From the human T2T-CHM13v2.0 reference genome, Homo sapiens, in the NCBI RefSeq assembly GCF_009914755.1, contig NC_060936.1: a stretch of DNA of 64,000 nucleotides. One strand, 5' to 3'. The notes under the pieces are model-generated. The model saw nothing but the letters and a program-made list of their open reading frames with translations. It was not told where the DNA came from and did not search any database. Below, piece after piece: positions 55,025-64,000 of the stretch. Position 1 is the first letter of the stretch, and every line of letters begins with the position of its first letter. Made by a program: the position numbers and the translations under genes.

Positions 55025-55136
55025 GCCCAGTTCTACGTTCTCGCCGCCATACACCTCCATGCCGGGGTCCAGCAGCCCAATGTCTCCGAAGTACTCGCGG
55101 TCCACTACGAAGGAGCAGCCGATCATGGCTGGGGTC
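55019..55136 (-). CDS. GALNT9: GALNT9 internal coding exon (catalytic domain, Gal/GalNAc-T motif; probably exon 6)
   Basis: Translates (R)TPAMIGCSFVVDREYFGDIGLLDPGMEVYGGENVELGMR. AG acceptor at 55138-55137, donor AGG|GTGAGT at 55018. 118 nt, joins in frame to the 8990 exon. Confidence 0.96.
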
Positions 55137-55436
55137 CTGGGAGGCAGAGACAGCGGCGTGAGGACCTCGCCATGCAGGCCTGAGCCCTGCCTGCTGGGCC
55201 ATGAGCCAGGAAAGCCTGGAAGACCCCACCACCCCTCCCTCCTGTGCCTCCTCCCTGTGCACTCAGGTCCCTGTGCTCAAGGTGAGGGGCCGCTGCTCCT
55301 CCAGCCACCAGGACTTGAGTCCCTTGGAGCCTGGTTAAGCCCTCAGCCCAGACAGCGTCCAAATGCTGAATGCCAACAGATGACAGAACCCGCATTCAAT
55401 TCAGCTTAGTGTAGGAGGTTTAAAAAAAGATCAATC

Positions 55437-55600
55437 GGCCGGCACAGTAGCTCACGCCTGTTATCCCAGCACTTAGGGAGGCTGAGGCAGGAGGATCACT
55501 GGAGCCTGGGAATTGAGGCTGCAGTGAGCTGGTATTGCACCACTACACTCCAGCCTGGGCAACAGAGTGAGATCCTGTCTCCCCTCTCCCCTGAAAAAAG
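55437..55600 (+). mobile_element. Alu monomer (FAM/FRAM-like)
   Basis: Single arm flanked by AAAAAAGATCA duplications. Confidence 0.75.
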
Positions 55601-55699
55601 ATCAGTTTACCTAAGGAGCTCTGTGGTTGCCTTGAACATCATTTCCCAAGTTCGAGTGAGTCACTTGCCCGCCTCCCCCATGCTTCATCCTAACTGTGT

Positions 55700-55830
55700 A
55701 TCAGGAGCCAGGACTGCAATGGGCAGTTGCGTAGGCTGTGCACTGCTCAACTCCACAGAACCTTGTTGATGACAGATTCTGAACGACGCAGCTTGGAGCT
55801 GAGTGCACAGCCTGTGCAGCTATGTGCCAC
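55700..55830. mobile_element. MER91-like palindromic MITE relic
   Basis: Inverted arms GCAGTTGCGTAGGCTGTGCACTGCTCAACTCCA and TGGAGCTGAGTGCACAGCCTGTGCAGCT. Confidence 0.5.
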
Positions 55831-55996
55831 AGACTGCCAGCTGTACTATACTTCCTGTAATAATTCTAAAACGTCAGCCGACTTAGCCTGGCCCCATCTC
55901 TGTGAAATCATGCATTGGTATGCTAGTTATATTTTTTCTAATATGTATTGAGAGTGCATCAGTGCTGCAAATCCCCTGGGAAGAGGCTGCATGGAC

Positions 55997-56070
55997 AGCA
56001 GTGGTGAAGGCAGGATCCGCGGAGCAGTGAAGGCAGGATCTGCGGAGCAGTGAAGGCAGGATCTGCAGAG
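55997..56070. repeat. 23-bp tandem repeat x3
   Basis: GAAGGCAGGATCYGCGGAGCAGT. Confidence 0.85.
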
Positions 56071-57149
56071 TGGAGCGGGAGGATAAGCTGGTGTGCCATT
56101 GTGGGCCACGCGACGTGCGAGCTCATTCACTCATCCCTCTCAGGTTTCTACTGGGTGTCTGGAAGGTGGCGGGGATTGAAAAAGAGGCAGGAAAATCACA
56201 TCTCCAGCAAGGAGCAGGCAGAGTCTGTGTGTTGTAAGGAAGGAGGAACTTCTCATCTTTGCTGAAAGATTTTGCCTCAAAACAATTTCCTTGTCCGTGG
56301 AGAGCTTCATTTCTTCTGAGGCCTCAGGAGCTGTCAGAGGAAGCAGCAAAGCCTCACGCTATCCCCAGATGCCACGGCAGGCCGCCCTGCAGGCCTTGAG
56401 CTTCCCTGATCCTCCTCTGCGTATCAACGCGTTCTTCCATAAAAACAACAGCAAAAGTTGGCCTCTGTCATAATTTAAAGGAAGCAATTCTGTCCCCAGA
56501 GACTCAGCAGTCAGAAATAAATGCCCATCGATTGTCCAAGAATAGCAGGAGCATTAAAAAGCAATTGTCCTTTTATTTGTGCAAAGATCCAATTTGTTCT
56601 GTCATTAGATTTCGGCCACAAACCTAACAGTGATGAAATTTTAATACCCCCCCTTGATTTTTAATAGCAACCTTTGATTGGGTAAGTTATAGTTTATCAT
56701 ATACAACAGGTATTTCTCCTGTTTTCTTAACAACAACCATCATTTCAGGGTGATCTCTGATGAAGTGAAGAGCCAGATTCTCTGCCACATCTATTGTAGC
56801 GGGTAGCGTCTTTTTTATTATTGCTCAGAGTTCTAAAATAAAGCCCATGAGGCAAGGGAGGCAGCACCAGCTGGAACTGGATTGACTTGCCGGAGAGATG
56901 CCTGCTGTGATTACAGAAAAAGGTGGGCTGAGGGTTCTCAGGCTCGCGTGGGGCTGCCTGTCACCGTGGTGACAGCCTCCCCTCGGGGCGGTTCCGCCAC
57001 ACGCGGGGCACAGGGGTGCAGGGTGGAGGCCCCAGGTCCTGCCTGCTGGAGCTGCTCTGCCCGATGCCCGCACCTGCCCTCCAGTTCTCAGCTTCCGGGG
57101 CCTTAGTCCAGCCGGACGCCTCTTGTTAGCATCAGAAGCGACTCAGCCC

Positions 57150-57560
57150 AGCAGCCACGGAGGGACAGGTGGATACATGGAGAGTGGCCCATCCAGGCTG
57201 TGGACCGCAATTCTGCAGTGGAAGGAGCGAGGCTGACACAGCCTGCGACGTGGAGGAACCCTGGAAACGTGGCACCGAGGGCAGGGAGCCAGGTGCAAGA
57301 GGTTGCCCCCCGTGTGACTCCGTCCGCATGCAAGGAACAGAAGAGGCAAGTCCACGGGGGCAGGAAGTGGATTCGTGGATGCAGGGGCTGGGGCGGGGGG
57401 AACGGGGAGTGGCGGCTCGTGGGTGTGGGGTCCCCACGGGGAGGGAGGACAATGCTTTGGAACGAGACGGAGGTGGCAGCTGCACGACACTGTGATGGTC
57501 GAAACACCGCAGAGGTGCCCACTTTAGTGTGGTTGATTTGTGTTATATGAGTTTCACCAA
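57150..57560 (+). mobile_element. Ancient L1M 3' UTR fragment, strongly GC-shifted
   Basis: GACGTGGAGGAACCCTGGAAAC..GAGCCAG..GTGTGACTCC..AGGCAAGTCCA..CACTTTA..TGTTATATGAGTTTCACC. Confidence 0.6.
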
Positions 57561-57617
57561 TGGCCCATTGAGTGCTTTGATCTTCCACAGACCCTGATAA
57601 CAAGAAAAGCCAACGTG

Positions 57618-57925
<308 letters not shown>

Positions 57926-59559
57926 TCATGCCGAGGTAAGACGGCGAGGAGGCGGTGGGCACCGCCCGTGTGGGTGGAGTCGGGACCCACATCCCCGGAG
58001 GCCTGCGGTGGACCTGTCGCCTGCACACGTGCACAGGGAGGCCTAGTGAGCCCGGTGCCCGTGAACCTGGGATAGGTACGTAAACAGCAGCGCGCGCGTA
58101 AGACACAATCCACGGAGAAGCTAAGACAAGGGCACCGGAGCCGCGTCCTTCCACACGGAGTTTGGAACACGTCGAGAATAACGCACACTGAAACCTCGCC
58201 GTGCAAGACCCAAGCGGTGACCGGCACACGGTACACGTACGTGCAGATGTGCGAGCCACAAACGCATGGAAACATCACCCGAGAGCTTGATTATTTACAT
58301 TTCTTTCACATTCATTTGATTTTATGAATTTCGATCGATACAATTTTAACTTTGGTTTCAGTCAACACTTGCCACCTTCAATCAGAGGCACTGAAACGAA
58401 AAGTTAAAATTAAAACTGGAGTACGTTAAGGATGAAAAGCACAGGAAGGCATGTCCAGTTCACGACGCCGGTTACGGGGCAGGAAGCTGTGAAACAGGCC
58501 GGTGCTCTGCGTCTTGGGGGGCTCCCGGCATCCGCTTTCCGGGGAGGGGAGCGGCTGCTCTCGTTTCTGTGTGGCTTGTCAATGGGGTTGGGGTCGCTGA
58601 CTCCTTAAATCCTTGGAGCTCAGGGCTCTGCAAGGCCAGCTCTCAGAGGGGACTCCTCCGGGCCCACACCGCCCTCCCAGGTCCTCTTCTGACCAGGAGA
58701 GGTCTCAGGGACAGCACCCTGTTCTTTGTTCCTCGGGTGAAGGAGAAAATCAGGGGTCTCCTCCCCGCAGGCCCAGCCCCCGGCAGACAGGGCTCTGCAA
58801 GCTGGAGGGCCCTGGGGAATGGAGGTAGTGCTTGGGGTTCCAGAGCTTTGGAGGGAATAATTTCCGAGTGGTTCTCAGGTGGGCAGGCCTGGTGTCAGCA
58901 CAGCCCTTGATCCTGGAGGGGCTGGTGGCACATCAGCAGCCTCTGGGCACCCACAGCCTGGGGGCCCCACCTCTTCCTGGAGGAACACATGTCCCCAGGT
59001 GTCCTCCGAAGTCACACTTGAACCAGCAGCCCCGATGAGAGCCAGCTCCCCCAGGCCTGCCCCCCGCCTGCCAGGCTGCCTGTCCTTCCTGCCGTTCTCC
59101 CACCTTGCTCACGTGATGGGGGTGCCGGATCTTAACTGGGATCCCAGGAATCCTCCGTGATGAGGATGGTCCCCAGCGTCTGTCTGGGAGAAAGGAGCAG
59201 GGGAGCAGGAAGAGGACTAGAACAGGGTGGAGGCCAACAGGGCAGCCACCTCCACAGGCCCAGGCAGTGAGGCCACACTCCTGCCTAGGACTGTCCCATT
59301 GAAGCTCAGGTGCTTCAACTCTGCAGGGAGCAAAGAGGCCTCCAAAGATGAGCCACAGGCGGCTGTGAACGCAGGAAGGGCAGAGAGTCCCAGGCACATG
59401 GGCACCTCCTGCAGCCGCATCCCCGCCACGACTGAAGCCTTCGTGTCTTGCGGACGCCGACACTGACATTTAATGTTATTTAAAAACTGTTTCTGAGAAG
59501 GCAGAGAAGCACGTGCCACGTTTTAGAAAGAGTTTGCATCCACAATGGAAAGAGTGAAA

Positions 59560-60831
<1,272 letters not shown>

Positions 60832-60919
60832 GTGAAAATTGTTAGGACTTAAAAAGTGAGGTGGTTATCCCTGCACCTAAAGTTCCATTCCCCAAAGAGA
60901 TCACGGAAATGCCGTCCTG

Positions 60920-61100
60920 GAGCAGGGCCCACACTTTCTCTGCCCGGGGCAAGTGTGTAAATGTCTTGGCTCTGTGCCAGAAGCCTGGGTGGCAGCTGCT
61001 CCCCTCTGCCCTGATATGCAAATGAGGAAACATGGCCGTGTGTCAATAAAGCTTTATTTACAAATACAGGACTGTGGGCCATGATTCCCTGACCCCTGCT
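60920..61100 (+). mobile_element. MER58-like relic
   Basis: CAATAAAGCTTTATTTACAAATACAGG...TGACCCCTG. Confidence 0.6.
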
Positions 61101-61127
61101 GTACATCCTTGAAAATGCCCTTCACTG

Positions 61128-61418
<291 letters not shown>

Positions 61419-62162
61419 CCTCCGCTGCTTTTAATATGCATATTTACTTTTATGGAAATTTTCAAGTGTATGCAAAAGGAGAAAGATGAGCAGAATGTGT
61501 TCTCAGTTTCAGCGATGATCAGCATCGTGTCCTTCTTATTTTTTTCTCTCGCCTATTACTCCTGATCCTCCAGCATGAGGGGAGTGATTCTGACAGGGCT
61601 CATGTCTCTGACTCTGATCCTCTATGCGAGAGGAGTGATTCTGACAGGGCTCCAGCACGTGACTCTGTGATCCTCCAGTGAGTGGGGAGCTGATTTCTGA
61701 TGGGGCTCTCGCCCAGACTTTGATCCTCCAGGGTGAGTTTTGACAGACAAACTTACACGAAGGTCAGGCAGGTAAAGTACAAGAGAGAAGAGGGCTAGTG
61801 TCACTTGTTGAACATGGTGAAATCAAAGCCTTCATCTTCTTTTTCTTGAAATAGTCAGTCCTCTTGGTCTGTCCCTATTCTCCCTCTCCCGTAAGGACCC
61901 AGCTCTAGAGAATTATTTCCCCAAGTGGAGCAGCAGCATCAGCAAATGATAAACAATACAGGACAGATGGGCTTGCCGGGAGCGGCTGTTGGGACAGGTG
62001 GTGACTGTGGCTCTGCTCTGTCCGAGGGAGCAGCCACAGCTCAGCTTCAGTTCATCATGACTGAGTAAGAATTGGGGCCTAGAATCTTCCAATTTTCAAA
62101 AAGAGTAGAAATCATTTTCACATAAAATAAGATTTCAAGTGAAAATGATTAAGTATTGGTTC

Positions 62163-62915
62163 TGTCAACCAAGAATAAAATTCTAAGACCCCCAACCAAT
62201 TGAATGGAGCCGCTTCTCAACCAAGGGCACCCCAAAGTAACCCAGGAAAACGAGCTCAGGTCCTGATGGGAAGAGGGTTTGGACAAGCCCCTTAGACTCT
62301 CCTCCCTTTGGAATTCTGGAACACTAAAACACAGATGTTAAGTCTGACCAAACAGACTCTTTTGTAGAGATAAAATGCATCCAAAATGACAGTTAGCAGG
62401 TCCCTAAAGAAGTTAAGTATTTTACCCCAAAATGTATTTCATTGATGTATTTTGAAATGGCTTGCAATGCTGTGTCTTGTGGGGGAACTCAACATTCTGT
62501 AGAGACTTCCCTTTCTTTTGGAGGTCTTTTCTGATCCAGACAAGATTAACCAGAAGTCTGGCCCCTTTTTAAGTCTGATAAGAAACATTTACAATCTCCT
62601 CCTTCTGAAGCTCCTTCTGAAGCCCGCTACCTGGAGGCTTCATCTGCATCATAAAACCTTGGTCTCCACAACCCTTTATCTTAACCAGATGCTCCTTTCT
62701 ATTCATACCAGGTCTTTAGATAATAACTTAACTCTTTCAACCAATTACCAATCAGAAAATCTTTGAATCCGCCCATGGCCTGGAAGTCCCCACTTCCGGT
62801 CCTCCCGCCTTTTGGACTGAACCAGTGCACACCTGACATGTGTGCATTGATTCCTTCTCCCTAAAACATACACATCCAGCAGGCTGCACGCCTGCACGCT
62901 AAGCATGGAACGCAG
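62163..62915 (+). mobile_element. MER4-family ERV1 LTR (MER4D/E-like), 3' truncated
   Basis: TGTCAACCAAGAATAAAATTCTAAGACCCCCAACC..TGAATGGA..; TACCTGGAGGCTTCATCTGCATCATAAAACCTTGGTCTCCACAACCC. Confidence 0.75.
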
Positions 62916-63159
62916 GGGCACTGGCCGCGATGACAACACCACGTGGACCCACATGCGCCTTTGCGATCGTCACGCTGGGTGTCCACCATGGAAGCCGTCC
63001 TGGAACTTCTAACATGGCCCCATCTCGTTGCGGCTGTCTGCTGTTTCTGTCCCCATGAGGGAGGGCGAACTCCTGAGTTTACGCAATCCACCCACCTGGG
63101 CCTCCCAAGTGTTGGGATTACAGGCATGAACCACCGCACCTGCCTTAATATTTCATTTA

Positions 63160-64000
63160 TTCTTTAAAATCAACTTTGAGGGGTGAAATTTATATAAAAT
63201 GAAATGCATCCATGTGATCTTTGCATTTTGGCCCATTTTGACTGATGGAGACCCCTGGGTGACCCCATCCTTTTCCAGCAGAGAACACTGCTGCCCTGGA
63301 ACTGTCCCAGGCAGGCCCCTTCCCTGTGAGCCCCGACCCTCAGCCTCCACCCAGGATGAATTTTGCCTTCCGTGGAATTCTGTGTGCAGGAATCACGCAG
63401 ACACTCTCTTCCATGTGTGGCTCCGAGGCTCAGCATGAGCCTCTACATCTCACCACGTTGTTAGGTGTGGAAGGGTCCACTCCTCCCTGTTTCTAAGTAT
63501 TCCGTGATGTGGGTGGAGTCTGCCCTGCTCATCCATTCACCTGCTGACGCATATGAGGCTACTGTGAGTAACGCCGCTGTGAACGTTTGTGTGGAAGCCT
63601 TTGCATGTACGCATGTCTCATTTATTTTGAGAAAAACACCTGGGAGTGGAATAGGGGGGACACTGGAGGGGGGACACGGGGGACACTGGAGGGGACAGTG
63701 GAGGGGGACAGTGGAGGGGGAACACTGGAGGGGGAACACTGGGGGGACGCTGGAGGGGGACACTGGAGGGGGGACGCTGGAGGGGGGACACTGGAAGGGG
63801 GGACACTGGAGTGGGTTTCGGGCCTTCAGAAGGAGCTGCGGGTTTTCCAAAGTGGCTGCACCGATTCACAGTCCTGCCAGCCATGTCCGAGAGTTGCATC
63901 TGTGCCATGTCCTTGTCAACATTTGGTATTGTCAGCCTGCACCTTTCAGCCACCCCAGTGGGCACAGAGCCCCATCTCACTGTGGGTTGAATTTGCATCT
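63160..64000 (-). mobile_element. Ancient L1M fragment(s), preceded by a short Alu piece (63070-63142)
   Basis: CCTGGGAGTGGAAT..TTTTCCAAAGTGGCTGCACC..GTCCTTGTCAACATTTGGTATTGTCAG..CATCTCACTGTGGGTTGAATTTGCAT. Confidence 0.7.
63654..63810. repeat. ~14-bp G-rich minisatellite (GGGGGACACTGGA)n inside L1
   Basis: About 11 units with variable G runs. Confidence 0.9.

Noticed and set aside
55722-55822. Hairpin as a candidate pre-miRNA
   Set aside because: Better explained as the inverted arms of a MER91-like MITE. No expression evidence.

Overview
Primate (almost certainly human) GC-rich, subtelomere-type genomic DNA holding the 3' part of GALNT9 (polypeptide N-acetylgalactosaminyltransferase 9) on the minus strand. 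Six coding exons can be read with GT-AG boundaries: 55019-55136, 8805-8990, 6413-6550, 4461-4556, 3061-3228 and 2376-2522. They encode the end of the catalytic domain (Y-subfamily YGGEN motif) and the ricin-type lectin domain, followed by a 3' UTR with AATAAA at 1794-1799. The ~46-kb intron is dense in minisatellites (24-, 36-, 40-, 41-, 42-, 45- and 48-bp units, up to 5.6 kb) and CA/GA/CCAT low-complexity tracts; these explain nearly all the long ORFs in the ORF track. Interspersed elements include Alus, an Hsmar1 relic, MER41B-, LTR13-, MER4-, MER74-, MLT1- and MLT2-like LTRs, MER58, MER5, MIR and old L1 fragments. Repeat family names come from recalled consensus sequences, not a database search, and exon numbering is assumed. 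Most notable: a 36-bp VNTR built from a GALNT9 splice donor that forms a ladder of in-frame alternative 5' splice sites; a second duplicated donor that would give a poison product; a MER41B LTR with intact tandem GAS sites near a possible lectin-only isoform start; minisatellites born inside transposons; and PRDM9-type motifs in VNTR variant units. There is no CRISPR or prokaryotic system.
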